Assembly (NCBI GenBank): GCA_963709585.1
Contig: CAVPXI010000014.1
Span: 416,001-480,000 of the forward strand
Reading direction: 5' to 3'
Length of the DNA stretch: 64,000 bases
Source: Candidatus Dormiibacterota bacterium
GTDB taxonomy: Bacteria; Chloroflexota; Dormibacteria; Aeolococcales; Aeolococcaceae
In this document: in pieces, positions 17,910 to 30,463 of the stretch
How positions within the stretch are numbered: the stretch's first letter is position 1
Layout: every line of letters starts with the position of its first letter
The notes under the pieces: model-generated
Databases searched by the model: none
Seen by the model: the letters and a program-made list of their open reading frames with translations, nothing else
Told to the model about the DNA's origin: nothing
Program-made: the position numbers and the translations under genes

Positions 17910-18089
17910 TGCGAGGTGCGATGTTGGGCCGCAAAGGCGTGCGCCGCGAGGCACGTTGTCGACTGGCACGAGGTGATGCTCTGAGGAGGCCGGAAGCGAC
18001 CGATCTCAGCAACCTCGTCCGTCGTTACTACGACCCCCAAGACGCCCCGCCTCGCGACCCGCCCAGCTCCATCGGCCAGAGCGCGGTTG

Positions 18090-18152
18090 TGTCAGCAAAA
18101 TCGCCTCCGGAAGCGTTAGTAAGGGGGTGATGGGACCAGCCCGCCGGATGAC
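18090..18152 (+). promoter_or_regulatory. ECF promoter cassette copy E (divergent to copy D)
   Basis: TGTCAGCAAAATCGCCTCCGGAAGCGTTAGTAAGGGGGTGATGGGACCAGCCCGCCGGATGACG. Confidence 0.7.
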
Positions 18153-18798
18153 GGCGACCAACGACAGAGACACCATGGCAGCCAACACCGCAACGGACCG
18201 GCGCCGCGGTCGTACGCGCTGGGCGTTCTGGCTCGTCGCTGCGACCGCGAGCGTCACTCTGGGGGCATGCGCGGCATCGAGCCCGACCATCGCGCGCTCA
18301 GCGTCGGCAGCGCCAACCACCGCCCCCTCGTCGTTGGCACCGCCGGCCAACGGCACCTCCCCATTGCCACCGCCGACCGACCCATCGTTGGTGCCGGGTG
18401 CGCCGGCACCCCATTTGGCGGTGGAACTCTCGGTCGGAACGCCCTACACGTACTGGGCCCCTTCGGGAGACGGGATGCAGGTCACAGTGCTTGCGCTGAT
18501 CGACCCCGCTCAAGGGACGAGCGGGGCACACCCCGCCGACGGATATCGCTTCGTCGCCGCCAAGCTCCAGATCAACGGGTGGGCTAGCTCGATTTTGGTC
18601 GATCCCAATCGCGACGCAGCCCTCATCCTCGCCGACAACACTGCCGCAAACGCCCAGGTCAACGACGTCGTCAAAGGCTGCGCCAACTTCCATCGCGGCA
18701 GCTATGCGATCGACGCCGGGGACGTGATCGACGGATGCCTCGTTTTCCAGGTGTCCAACGACGACCGTCTTCACGGCATGGAATGGGGCATCGGGTAG
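18127..18798 (+). CDS. lipoprotein with Ig-like (DUF4352-like) domain; start uncertain (18127/18148/18175)
   Basis: Lipobox LGAC, Pro-rich linker, VTVLALIDPA...GYRFVAAKLQI...GCLVFQV. Confidence 0.7.
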   Translation: MMGPARRMTATNDRDTMAANTATDRRRGRTRWAFWLVAATASVTLGACAASSPTIARSASAAPTTAPSSLAPPANGTSPLPPPTDPSLVPGAPAPHLAVELSVGTPYTYWAPSGDGMQVTVLALIDPAQGTSGAHPADGYRFVAAKLQINGWASSILVDPNRDAALILADNTAANAQVNDVVKGCANFHRGSYAIDAGDVIDGCLVFQVSNDDRLHGMEWGIG

Positions 18799-19158
18799 CA
18801 CCAGTCGACAAGCGCGGTCGCCCGCGCGCCACCGGAACCGGCCTGCGACGTCGAGGATGGCGTGGTCGACCAGGGGCGTTGTACAAGGACACATCCACGC
18901 TATCGACCGGCCCGGTTTGCGGCTAATCGCCCGTCATGCACCGGTCCGGCCGGCTTAACCTACATTTGCGGTTTGAAGCGCACACGTCCTCCACTAATAT
19001 GCCGGGAGTGACAAATGGCGACTGCCCGAGGGGCTCGCCCCGCGGTCATGCCGGAGGTCGTCGCCTGTCATTGCAGTCGCCACCATCGAGCCCTCTTGAC
19101 GCGCGAGGCTCGTACATGGAGACTTCGCAATCGCCGACCACCATGGAGGAACCGTTTG

Positions 19159-19542
19159 ATGCCAGGCGAACTGAAAAGTGTCGCAACCGACTTCTTCGCG
19201 GCGCTTGATGCCTTGGATGCTGATCGGATGAGACAGATGTTGACGGAGGATATCCAGAGTGTCGACGAGGGCTCGCGACGCTGGCTGCGCGGCAGAGGCG
19301 ACGTAGACAATTACCTCCGCGAGCTGATGCCCGCGGTGAGTGACGTGGAAACGCAACTTCGAGATGCGGAGGAGCGCATTTGGGGGGACACAGGGCTACT
19401 GACCTGTTGGATCGACCAGGACTACACGATGCACGGCACCCCGCAGCACATCTCGGCTCCGACCACGCTGATTCTCCGCCGCGACGGCGGCGCCTGGAAG
19501 CTGGTCCTGTGGCATTCGATCCCTCTTCCCGAGCAGGCCTAG
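19159..19542 (+). CDS. SnoaL/NTF2-like (DUF4440) protein
   Basis: GGAGGA RBS; FFAALDALDAD...TLILRRDGGAWKLVLWHS. Confidence 0.8.
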   Translation: MPGELKSVATDFFAALDALDADRMRQMLTEDIQSVDEGSRRWLRGRGDVDNYLRELMPAVSDVETQLRDAEERIWGDTGLLTCWIDQDYTMHGTPQHISAPTTLILRRDGGAWKLVLWHSIPLPEQA

Positions 19543-19836
19543 CCACACCGTTAGTCCGGAAGCATGGATAGCTCGACTTGATCGAAAGTGAGCGGGCGAG
19601 TGTCAACGAGCGTTGAACTGGGATACGAACGACCGCGCGGCCATAGCCCGGGCCAACCTCGTCCATCGTTAATACAACCCTCCACTCGGGAGTTGCGACC
19701 ACTGCCGGTTCACCGTGGGCTCGAACCCCTCAGGCTCCGACAAGGCCGTCGGAAGTCTTGTTAGGATCCGCCCCGAGCCAGGGACGGATGGACCCTAGCC
19801 TCGACCACAACCGAAAGACGCAGAGGGAACCCAGAT

Positions 19837-20112
19837 ATGGCACTCAGCTTTTACTTCACGCCCAGCTCGTTCACGCCCGCACGGTACGACGACACGATCA
19901 AGCGGCTCGAAGCGGCGGGAGCCGGAGCGCCTGCCGGAAGGTTGTATCACTGTGCAATGGAAGCGGACGGCTTGATCCAGGTGTTTGACGTCTGGGAATC
20001 TCAGGAGGCATTCGAAGCGTTCGGGGCGACGCTGGTCCCGATCATGACCGAGCTCGGCGCTGATCCCGGCAAGCCGATGGTTGCGCCTGTTCATAACATC
20101 ATCAAAGGCTGA
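19837..20112 (+). CDS. small dimeric alpha/beta-barrel (ABM-like) hypothetical protein
   Basis: GAGGG RBS; GRLYH...VFDVWESQEAFEAF motif. Confidence 0.75.
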   Translation: MALSFYFTPSSFTPARYDDTIKRLEAAGAGAPAGRLYHCAMEADGLIQVFDVWESQEAFEAFGATLVPIMTELGADPGKPMVAPVHNIIKG

Positions 20113-20362
20113 TTTCATAACTCGCCCTGACGGGCCAGCGGGCTGACGCAGTCCAGCCCCGCGGCACGATTGACGAGCGTTTTCTCTCGGGTGACCGGGG
20201 GCCGGCGCGCCCAACGGCCATTGACCGCCAAACGACGCCCGCCAGTACAGCTGGACAACCTCGTCAATCGCTAATACCACCCCCTCCGCAAGCGTCGCCG
20301 CAGGAGGTTGCCTCGTCGGTTCGTATTCTGGCGGAGCTGCCAGGGGGCAGAGGCGGGCATAT

Positions 20363-20888
20363 CTAGCGGCAGACGGCATCGAGAAACGCCCTCGCCTCCC
20401 GCCGCGAACGGAGCACGTGCGCCGTTTTGTGAGACGCGTGCCGCGAGATCTCGGAGCGTGCGTACTCAGGTTCTGAACGGCGGTTGCGCCAAATCCTCCC
20501 TACGCCGCCCCACTCGTCGCGCAAGCGTCGCCTGACCGAGTCCTCGCAGCCCTGGGGCATCTCGCCGACGGGCTTGCGAAGCCCCCGCACAAACGCGCGA
20601 ACTCGCGCACAACCACCAAGGAGTATCGAGAAAGACGACGGTTTCCGCGCGTTCGAGCCGGATGGCGAGCGTCTCGTTGTCGTTGCCGTCGATGATCCAA
20701 GCCTCGCCGGCGAGCAACTCGCGTTGCCGGTCTCGCCACTCGTCGTCCGACGGTCGCACCCAGCCCGGCTTCCAGTAGTGGACGTCGAGGTGAATCACCG
20801 GCAAACCAGTCCTTGCCGCGAGCTCACGTGCGAACGTGCTCTTCCCGGACCCCATCATCCCATCGACGAGGACGCGGTGGCCGATCAT
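20363..20888 (-). CDS. P-loop kinase (adenylate kinase / FlaR topology-modulation family), frameshift near 20600
   Basis: GMMGSGKSTFA, LPVIHLD..YWKPGW, WIIDGN, VVFLDTPWWLC; C-terminus continues in ORF 20363-20590. Confidence 0.8.
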
Positions 20889-21141
20889 CCGAGACGGGCC
20901 GTTCACGGCGCAGAGTATTCCAAAGGCGCTGAGCAGATAGCCCGCTCGGCGCTCGCTATCACTTGAGCCGTTCGGGCTCTTCTCCACCGAACACCGAGGC
21001 CGGGCAGACGGGATGGGACAACCTGGTGCTGCTTTGCTACCGACACCACTGGTCGGTGCACATAGGCGGCTGATGGCTGGTCGGGTCCGAAAGCGGATCC
21101 TGGCGATCCCGCCGTCGCATCAATTCCCGCTTGGGGCCGCG

Positions 21142-22353
21142 TTACGCGCGCCCCTCCTCCCGTTTCAGTTCCTCGCGGCCGATGATCGAATAGTGGACCT
21201 CGTCGGGCCCGTCCATGAACCGCGCGGATCGCGCGTAGGCGAACATCTGAGTCAGGGGCAGATCCTGGGACACGCCGGCCCCGCCGTGCACCTGGATGGC
21301 GCGGTCGATCACCGTCTGGGCGACGTTGGGAGCGACCACCTTGATCGCCGAGATCTCGAAGCGTGCGCCGAGACTGCCCTGGGTGTCGAGCAGCCACGCG
21401 GCCTTCTGGCACAACAACCTCGCCTGCTCGATCTCGATGCGCGATTTGGCGATCTGCTCGCGCACCACGCCCTGCTCGGCAAGCCGCTTACCGAACGCGG
21501 TGCGTGACTTGGCGCGCTCGCACATCAGCGACAGGGCGTGCTCGGCGGCGCCGATCAGACGCATGCAGTGATGCAGGCGCCCGGGGCCGAGCCGCGCCTG
21601 GGCGATCATGAAGGCGGTGCCCTCGTCACCGATGCGCGCCGTCTGTGGAACGCGGACGTTCTCGAGCAGGACCTCGCAATGGCTGCCCGGGTCGTCGAAA
21701 CCGAAGACCTTGAGCTGGCGGACGATGGTCACCCCGGCCGCGTCGATCGGCACCAACACCATGGTGTGCCGGGCGTGGCGTTCGGCGTCGGGATGGGTCA
21801 TGCCGATGAGCAGGATGACCCGGGCGTTGGGATGCGCCGCCCCGCTGGTGAACCACTTATGGCCATTGATGACATAATCATCGCCATCCCGATCGATGCG
21901 CGTCGCCAGCTGGGTGGGGTCCGAGCTGGCCACCTCGGGCTCGGTCATGCCGATACACGAGCGAATCTCGCCTGCCAGGAGCGGTTGGAGCCACATGTCC
22001 TGCTGCTCGGGAGTCCCGAACTGCGCGAGCACCTCCATGTTCCCCGTGTCCGGCGCGGAGCAGTTCATCGCCTCCGACGCGATCGCGCTCCAGCCCATGA
22101 TCTCGGCGAGCGCGCCGTACTCGAGATTGGTGAGACCAGGACCGAAGCGGTTGTCCGGCAGGAACAGGTTCCAGAGGCCGCGCCGGCGCGCCTCCGCCTT
22201 CAACTCCTCCATCACCGGCGAGATCCGCTGCGGGATGGTCTCCGCGGAGAAGCCGCGCCAGTACTCCTCCTCGGCCGGCCGGATGCGCTCGTCCATGAAG
22301 CGCCAGACCTTCTCGCTGAGCTCGCGCACCCTCTGTGTCTCCGCAAAGTCCAT
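21142..22353 (-). CDS. acyl-CoA dehydrogenase (ACAD10/11, LvaC-like)
   Basis: GLWNLFLP, NCSAPDTGNMEVL, MTEPEVASSD, QARLGPGRLHHCMR, DRAIQVHGGAG, DGPDEVH. Confidence 0.93.
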   Translation of the reverse strand: MDFAETQRVRELSEKVWRFMDERIRPAEEEYWRGFSAETIPQRISPVMEELKAEARRRGLWNLFLPDNRFGPGLTNLEYGALAEIMGWSAIASEAMNCSAPDTGNMEVLAQFGTPEQQDMWLQPLLAGEIRSCIGMTEPEVASSDPTQLATRIDRDGDDYVINGHKWFTSGAAHPNARVILLIGMTHPDAERHARHTMVLVPIDAAGVTIVRQLKVFGFDDPGSHCEVLLENVRVPQTARIGDEGTAFMIAQARLGPGRLHHCMRLIGAAEHALSLMCERAKSRTAFGKRLAEQGVVREQIAKSRIEIEQARLLCQKAAWLLDTQGSLGARFEISAIKVVAPNVAQTVIDRAIQVHGGAGVSQDLPLTQMFAYARSARFMDGPDEVHYSIIGREELKREEGRA

Positions 22354-22355
22354 GT

Positions 22356-23408
22356 TCAGCCTCCTTGCGTGGTATCCAACCGGCCCAGCGCCTCGAGCCC
22401 ACTCTCGACGATGGCCGGCACCATCTCCCCCATCGTCTCGAACCCCTCGCCGACGGTCATCCCCATCAGGAATCGCGCGGTGATGCCCTCCGCGATGATC
22501 GCTAGCTTGTATGCGCCGAGCGCGATGTACCAGTCGAGCGACGTGAGGTCGCGCTGCGTCCCCGCAGCGTAGTCGCGGAGGATGTCGGCTCGCTTGTAGA
22601 AGCCGTCCTCGACGGTGATCGCTCGGCCGTGCAGGGTGCGCGCCGCAGCCTCGGTGTCGTCGTCCGCCCAGTACACGCAGAGCAGGCCGAGGTCACACAG
22701 TGGATCGCCGATGGTGCACATCTCCCAGTCGATCACGGCGACGATGCGCGATGGATCGGCGGGTGCGTACATGACGTTGTCGAGCCGGTAGTCGCCGTGG
22801 ACGATCCCGGAGGCGGACTGCGCGGGGACCGTCTCCTCGAGGCGGCGGCGGAGCGCCTCGATGCTCGGCAGCTCGCGAGTCTTCGACGCCTCCCACTGCT
22901 GCCACCAGCGCCGGACCTGACGAGCGAGGAAGCCCTCGGGGTGGCCGAAATCGCCGAGTCCGATCGCGTCAGGGTCGATCGCGTGGAGCTGCAGGAGCGT
23001 TTCGATCAACGCCGATGACATCGCGCGGCGCGTCTGGCGTGTGTCGGGGAACGCCGCGGGGAGCGCGTCGCGGACGACGTGGCCGTCGATCCACTCCATG
23101 ACGTAGAAACGAGCGCCGATCACCGGGTCGTCCTCGCACAGCGCGATCACGCGCGGGACCGGAATTCCGGTGTCCTGCAGCGCCGAGAGCACCCGATACT
23201 CGCGAGCCATGTCGTGCGCGGTCGGGAGCACATGCGCAAGCGGCGGCCGGCGCACCACGAAACGGCGTTCGCCGTCATCGACGATGTAGGTGAGGTTCGA
23301 GCGTCCGCCGGCGATGACCTCGCCTCGAAGCGCGCCAGCAAGACCTCCGACCAGCGGCGCCAGGTACGCGGCGAGCGCCTCGAGGTCGAGCCCCGGCGGC
23401 GACGTCAC
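22356..23408 (-). CDS. aminoglycoside-phosphotransferase-family kinase (ACAD10/11 N-terminal, LvaA-like)
   Basis: GGRSNLTY, RRPP..HVLPTAHDM.RE, HGDYRLDN, DWEMCTIGDPL. Confidence 0.92.
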   Translation of the reverse strand: MTSPPGLDLEALAAYLAPLVGGLAGALRGEVIAGGRSNLTYIVDDGERRFVVRRPPLAHVLPTAHDMAREYRVLSALQDTGIPVPRVIALCEDDPVIGARFYVMEWIDGHVVRDALPAAFPDTRQTRRAMSSALIETLLQLHAIDPDAIGLGDFGHPEGFLARQVRRWWQQWEASKTRELPSIEALRRRLEETVPAQSASGIVHGDYRLDNVMYAPADPSRIVAVIDWEMCTIGDPLCDLGLLCVYWADDDTEAAARTLHGRAITVEDGFYKRADILRDYAAGTQRDLTSLDWYIALGAYKLAIIAEGITARFLMGMTVGEGFETMGEMVPAIVESGLEALGRLDTTQGG

Positions 23409-23833
23409 TGAGGAGGCGGCGAGTGCCCGTGACGGCGACGCCGGATCTCCGCGACCTGGAGTCGCAAGGTGGCGCGCTCGAGAGCCATGACCGCCTCCTC
23501 ATTGCCCACGTTCTGGGCGAGGAGTTCCTGCGCCTTCTTGCGCGCTTCCTCGGCACGCGCTTCATCGATGTCCTCGGCCCGCTCGGCGGCATCCGCAAGG
23601 ATTGTCACCTTGTCGGGGAGGACCTCGAGAAACCCGCCCGAGACCGCGAGCACATGCTCGGCGTCGTCGTTGCGAATGGTCACCACCCCATTGCGCAGCG
23701 GTGTGAGCAAGGCGATGTGCTGGGGCAGGACCCCGAGGTCGCCCTCGACACCGGGCGCGAGCACGAAGTCAGCCTCCTCGCTGAAGACGCGACCCTCCGG
23801 GGTGACGAGTTCGACCTGGAGCTTGTTGGCCAT
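23405..23833 (-). CDS. atpC: ATP synthase F1 epsilon
   Basis: LVTPEG, GDLGVLPQH, VSGGFLEV, LADAAERAEDID. Confidence 0.96.
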   Translation of the reverse strand: MANKLQVELVTPEGRVFSEEADFVLAPGVEGDLGVLPQHIALLTPLRNGVVTIRNDDAEHVLAVSGGFLEVLPDKVTILADAAERAEDIDEARAEEARKKAQELLAQNVGNEEAVMALERATLRLQVAEIRRRRHGHSPPPQ

Positions 23834-23838
23834 GCTTG

Positions 23839-26243
<2,405 letters not shown>

Positions 26244-26296
26244 GGAGCGTCAGCCTCTGACGGTGCGCCGCACGGCGCCGGTGGGGATCCGCACGA

Positions 26297-27821
26297 TCAT
26301 CCGGCAAACGTCTTCTTGAACTCGTCGACCGCCGCGCGCAAAGCCTTCTCGAGCTCGTCGGAGATGCGCCCATCCTTGTTGATCTCTTCCTCGATCTCGG
26401 GATGGGTCTGATCCATGAAGCGCAGCAGGCTCTTCTCGAAGTCGCGAACCCGGTCGAGAGGAACATCGTCGAGGAAGCCGCGCGCACCCGCAAAGATACT
26501 GATGACCTGTTTCGCGAACGGCATCGGGTCGTACTGCGGCTGCTTGAGCAGCTCGGTCATGCGCTGGCCGCGGTCGAGACGATCGCGCGTTCCCTTGTCG
26601 AGGTCGGCGGCGAACTGCGCAAAGGCGGCGAGCTCCCGATACTGGGCAAGGTCGAGGCGCAGCTGTCCGGCGACCTGCTTCATCGCTTTGGTCTGGGCGT
26701 CACCACCGACGCGGGAGACCGAGAGACCGACGTTGATCGCGGGCCGGATCCCGGCGTTGAAGAGGTCGGTCTCGAGGTAGATCTGGCCGTCGGTGATCGA
26801 GATGACGTTGGTCGGGATGAACGCCGACACGTCGTTCGCCTTGGTCTCGATGATCGGCAGCGCGGTGAGGGTTCCACCCCCCTCCTCGTCGCTCATCCGC
26901 GCCGCACGCTCGAGCAGCCGGGAGTGCAGGTAGAAGACGTCACCCGGGTACGCTTCGCGCGACGGTGGACGCCGGAGCAGGAGCGAGAGTTCGCGATATG
27001 CGTCGGCGTGCTTGCTGAGATCGTCATAGATGATCAGCGCGTGCCCGCCCTTCTGCATGAAGTACTCGCCCATCGCGCAGCCGGCGTATGGGGCGAGAAA
27101 CTGCAGTGGCGCCGGGTCGGACGCGGTGGCCGCGACGATGATGGTGTGCTCCATGGCACCATGCTGCTCGAGAGTCGCCTTGATCTGGGCCACCTTCTGC
27201 GCGTTCTGCCCCACGGCGACGTAGATGCAGATGACCCCGGTGCCCTTCTGATTGATGATGGAGTCGATCGCGATTGCGGTCTTGCCGGTCTGGCGGTCGC
27301 CGATGATGAGCTCGCGCTGACCACGACCGATCGGGATCATCGAGTTCGATCGCCTTGAGGCCGGTCTGCATCGGCGTGTCGACGTTCTGTCGCTGGATGA
27401 CGCCCGGCGCGACGCGCTCGGTCGGGAGGGTCTGCGCCGTCTCGATGGGACCGCGATCGTCGAGCTGCTCACCGAGCGCGTTGACGACGCGACCAACGAG
27501 CTCGTCGCCGACGGGCACCTCGGCGATCCGGCCCGTGGTGTGAACCCAATCGCCCTCCTGGAGATGCTCGTACGGTCCGAGGATGACCGCGCCGACGCCG
27601 TCCTCGCGCAGGTCGAGTGCGAGCGCGAGCACCACGCCCTCGCCTCCGGGTCCGGGCAGCTCGAGCAGTTCGCCGGCCATTGCGCGTTCCAACCCATAGA
27701 TCCGGGCGATGCCGTCACTGACCGACGTGACCACGCCCTCGTTGGCGTCGACCACTGGCGCCTCGAAGCTTGCGATGCGCTGCTTGAGGATCTCTCCGAT
27801 CTCGTCGCTGCGTATGGCCAT
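26297..27821 (-). CDS. atpA: ATP synthase F1 alpha, +1 frameshift near 27345 (probable sequence error)
   Basis: [25 protein letters not shown] / [40 protein letters not shown]; GAAC where the Asp codon GAC is expected. Confidence 0.95.
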
Positions 27822-27845
27822 CAGTTCGTCATTCCTCTCTCTCGA

Positions 27846-28376
27846 TCAGGCAAGGGCTGCCTGGAGCTGTTGCAGGTGGGTGCGCAGGCTGTCGTCGATG
27901 ACCCGGTCGCCGATGCGGACCACGAGCCCGCCGATGATGGATGGGTCGCTGCGCACGGTTGTCTGGACTTCACTACCGAGCTGCTTGCTCAGCGAATCAC
28001 GGATGCGCTTCTCGAGCGCCGCGTCGGCGGGCACCGCGGTCGTGACCTCGACGCGAACAACGCCGGACGCCCGGTCAGCCAGTGCGTCGTAATGCGAAAG
28101 GATCTCGCGGGCAATGCCGACACGGCGACGCTCGATGAGCAGCCGGGCGAGATTGCGCGCCTCTGGTGAGGCACCGTCGAGCAGTTGCAGTCCAAGGCGA
28201 ACTCGCTCGGCAAGGCTCGTCTTTGGGTTCGCGAGCGCCTCCCTGATTGCCTGGTCACCGAGCGTCTCCGCGACCGCCGCCAGTTGCTCGCGCCAGCCGG
28301 CGATGTCGTCTGCAGCCTGGGCGAGCGCGAAGTACGCCTCGGCATAGCGGCGGGCAATGATGCTGGCGCGTTCCAT
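27846..28376 (-). CDS. atpH: ATP synthase F1 delta
   Basis: IARRYAEA, DPSIIGGLVVRIGDRVIDDS. Confidence 0.95.
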   Translation of the reverse strand: MERASIIARRYAEAYFALAQAADDIAGWREQLAAVAETLGDQAIREALANPKTSLAERVRLGLQLLDGASPEARNLARLLIERRRVGIAREILSHYDALADRASGVVRVEVTTAVPADAALEKRIRDSLSKQLGSEVQTTVRSDPSIIGGLVVRIGDRVIDDSLRTHLQQLQAALA

Positions 28377-28377
28377 G

Positions 28378-28920
28378 TCAGTTCTTCTCGGGCTTCGCGA
28401 TCGGGTTGTCCACGACGTTGGCCAGGGCGCCGTCGATGAGGCGCTGATGCGCTTTGGCGTCAAGGGTTTCACCGAGCAGGCGCTCAGTCGTGGCGATGAC
28501 GAGGCCGGCGACCTCGTTGCGCAGGTCCTGGATCGCGCGATCACGCTCGCCACCGATCTCGGCGCGCGCACGCTCGATCAGCGCCTCCGCGTCGGCCCTC
28601 GCCTTGGCAAGGACTTCCGCAGCATCCGCCGTCGCCCCCTGGTGCGAGCGGTTGAGGATCTCGCGGGCCTGGGCGCGCGCCTCTTCGAGCGTCTTTTCGA
28701 CCTGCTCCTGGACCTTTGCGAGACGTTCCTCGGACTCCTGCGCCGCACGCAGTCCGGCCTCGATCTTGTTCTCGCGATCGGTGGCGGCCGCGATGATGCG
28801 CGGATACGCGTATTTCCCGAGGATGAGGATCATCAGGATGAACGCGATCAGCTCGGCGACGAACGTCCCATTGGGGGTGAGCAGTCCGGCCGGCTGGGAG
28901 GCGGCAATCACCGTTGTCAC
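28378..28920 (-). CDS. atpF: ATP synthase F0 subunit b
   Basis: N-terminal TM then long charged coiled coil; position in operon. Confidence 0.95.
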   Translation of the reverse strand: MTTVIAASQPAGLLTPNGTFVAELIAFILMILILGKYAYPRIIAAATDRENKIEAGLRAAQESEERLAKVQEQVEKTLEEARAQAREILNRSHQGATADAAEVLAKARADAEALIERARAEIGGERDRAIQDLRNEVAGLVIATTERLLGETLDAKAHQRLIDGALANVVDNPIAKPEKN

Positions 28921-28929
28921 GACCTCGTC

Positions 28930-29175
28930 TTATTTGGCGATGACGTAGATGAAGAAGAACCCGAGCGCGAGGTTGATGAAGTACATCCCCTCGACGAGGC
29001 CGATGATCAGGAACATGGTCACCTGGAGCCGCCCCTGTGCCTCGGGCTGACGGGCGGTGCCGGCGATGGTCGCGTTGCCGGCGAGGCCGTCACCGATAGC
29101 GGCACCGATTGCACCGCCACCAAGCGCGAGGCCGGCGGCGATCAACGCCCCCATCAGGATCAGTGCGTGGGTCAT
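28930..29175 (-). CDS. atpE: ATP synthase F0 subunit c
   Basis: [22 protein letters not shown]. Confidence 0.96.
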   Translation of the reverse strand: MTHALILMGALIAAGLALGGGAIGAAIGDGLAGNATIAGTARQPEAQGRLQVTMFLIIGLVEGMYFINLALGFFFIYVIAK

Positions 29176-30002
29176 GTGGTCTCTCTCCTCAACTCGTTCG
29201 CGTGTGAAGCTGCCCCGTGGTGCTCCTCCTCGAGACCTTCACGGGCCATGCCGAAATAAATAATGGTCAGTAGCATGAAGATGAACGCCTGGATCGTGCC
29301 GATGAGGAAGACGTCGAACAGCTTCCATGCCACCAGCAGCAGGATCCAGATGGGCGACAGCGCCGTCTGAATCACTGACGATCCGGCGAACGCGGTGAAC
29401 CCGAGGGTGAGCAGATACACCATCACGAGCCCGCCGAAGATGTTGCCGAACAACCGGAGCCCGAGGCTCAGTGGCTTCTGAATCTCCTCGATGATGTTGA
29501 GTGGCGTGAAGGCGATCCGTGCCAGCAACGGCAGCTCGAACGGCTTGGTGAAGCGCCGCAGGTAGCCGCGAAACCCGAGCACGTGGATGCTGTACCACTG
29601 CACGATCACGATCACGGCGATTGCCATCGCCAGGGTGAGGTTGATATCCGCAGCCGCCGGTTCGACCGGGGCCGTCAGCGGAAAGAAGTCGAGGTAGTTG
29701 GCGAACAGCACGAACAGGAAGATGGTTGCGGCGATCGGGATGATGAAGTCCGTGCCCTCGTCCGACACCATCTGCCTGGTGAGGTTGCGGATGTAGCTCA
29801 GCAGGAGCTCGAGCACCGACTGGAGCTTGCCGGGCTTGCCGTGGCTGAGGCGATACGCGACACCCAATCCGACCCCGAGTGTCAGCACGATCGCGATGCC
29901 GCTGGAGATGAGGGTGTCGTAGTTGAACACGCACAGGAAGGCATTCCCGCAGACCTGGATTGTCGGGTGCGTACCCGGCGGTTGATCGGCGGCAAGGATC
30001 AT
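29172..30002 (-). CDS. atpB: ATP synthase F0 subunit a
   Basis: [29 protein letters not shown]. Confidence 0.96.
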   Translation of the reverse strand: MILAADQPPGTHPTIQVCGNAFLCVFNYDTLISSGIAIVLTLGVGLGVAYRLSHGKPGKLQSVLELLLSYIRNLTRQMVSDEGTDFIIPIAATIFLFVLFANYLDFFPLTAPVEPAAADINLTLAMAIAVIVIVQWYSIHVLGFRGYLRRFTKPFELPLLARIAFTPLNIIEEIQKPLSLGLRLFGNIFGGLVMVYLLTLGFTAFAGSSVIQTALSPIWILLLVAWKLFDVFLIGTIQAFIFMLLTIIYFGMAREGLEEEHHGAASHANELRRETT

Positions 30003-30382
30003 GCGATTCGCATCGACTCACGGAGGGCGGCGACCGCGAGGACAACCTGCGAGATGCCCAGGCCGAGGATGACCAGCCAGACGTTGGCGAGCCCGAAGGC
30101 GAGGCCGATGGCGATACCGATCGTGCTCAGGGTGATGATCCGGAGCAGGCTGGTGGCCAGAAAGGGAATCGGCAGCGCGATCAATCGCGCCGCCAGTGCG
30201 CCATTGATCGAGCCGATCGCCAGGCCGGTGGCAAGTGCTCCGCCCGGCCCGGCATGTCCGAGCACGATGCCGACCACGGCGGCGATGACCGCCGCGCCTG
30301 CGCAGACGAGCGCCGCGTTGCGTACCAGGCGGAGCGCATTCGCGGATGGCGCCGGGCGTGGAGACGTACCTTCCGAGATCAC
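29999..30382 (-). CDS. ATP synthase protein I-like membrane protein (start uncertain)
   Basis: 4 hydrophobic segments, G...GSIN..L; stop overlaps atpB start. Confidence 0.7.
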   Translation of the reverse strand: MISEGTSPRPAPSANALRLVRNAALVCAGAAVIAAVVGIVLGHAGPGGALATGLAIGSINGALAARLIALPIPFLATSLLRIITLSTIGIAIGLAFGLANVWLVILGLGISQVVLAVAALRESMRIA

Positions 30383-30463
30383 CTCTTCCACCACTGCCTT
30401 ACTTGGACTGTCAAACCGAGGCAACGATATCAACTGGACGTCGTGGCACGGCCGAGCGGCACA

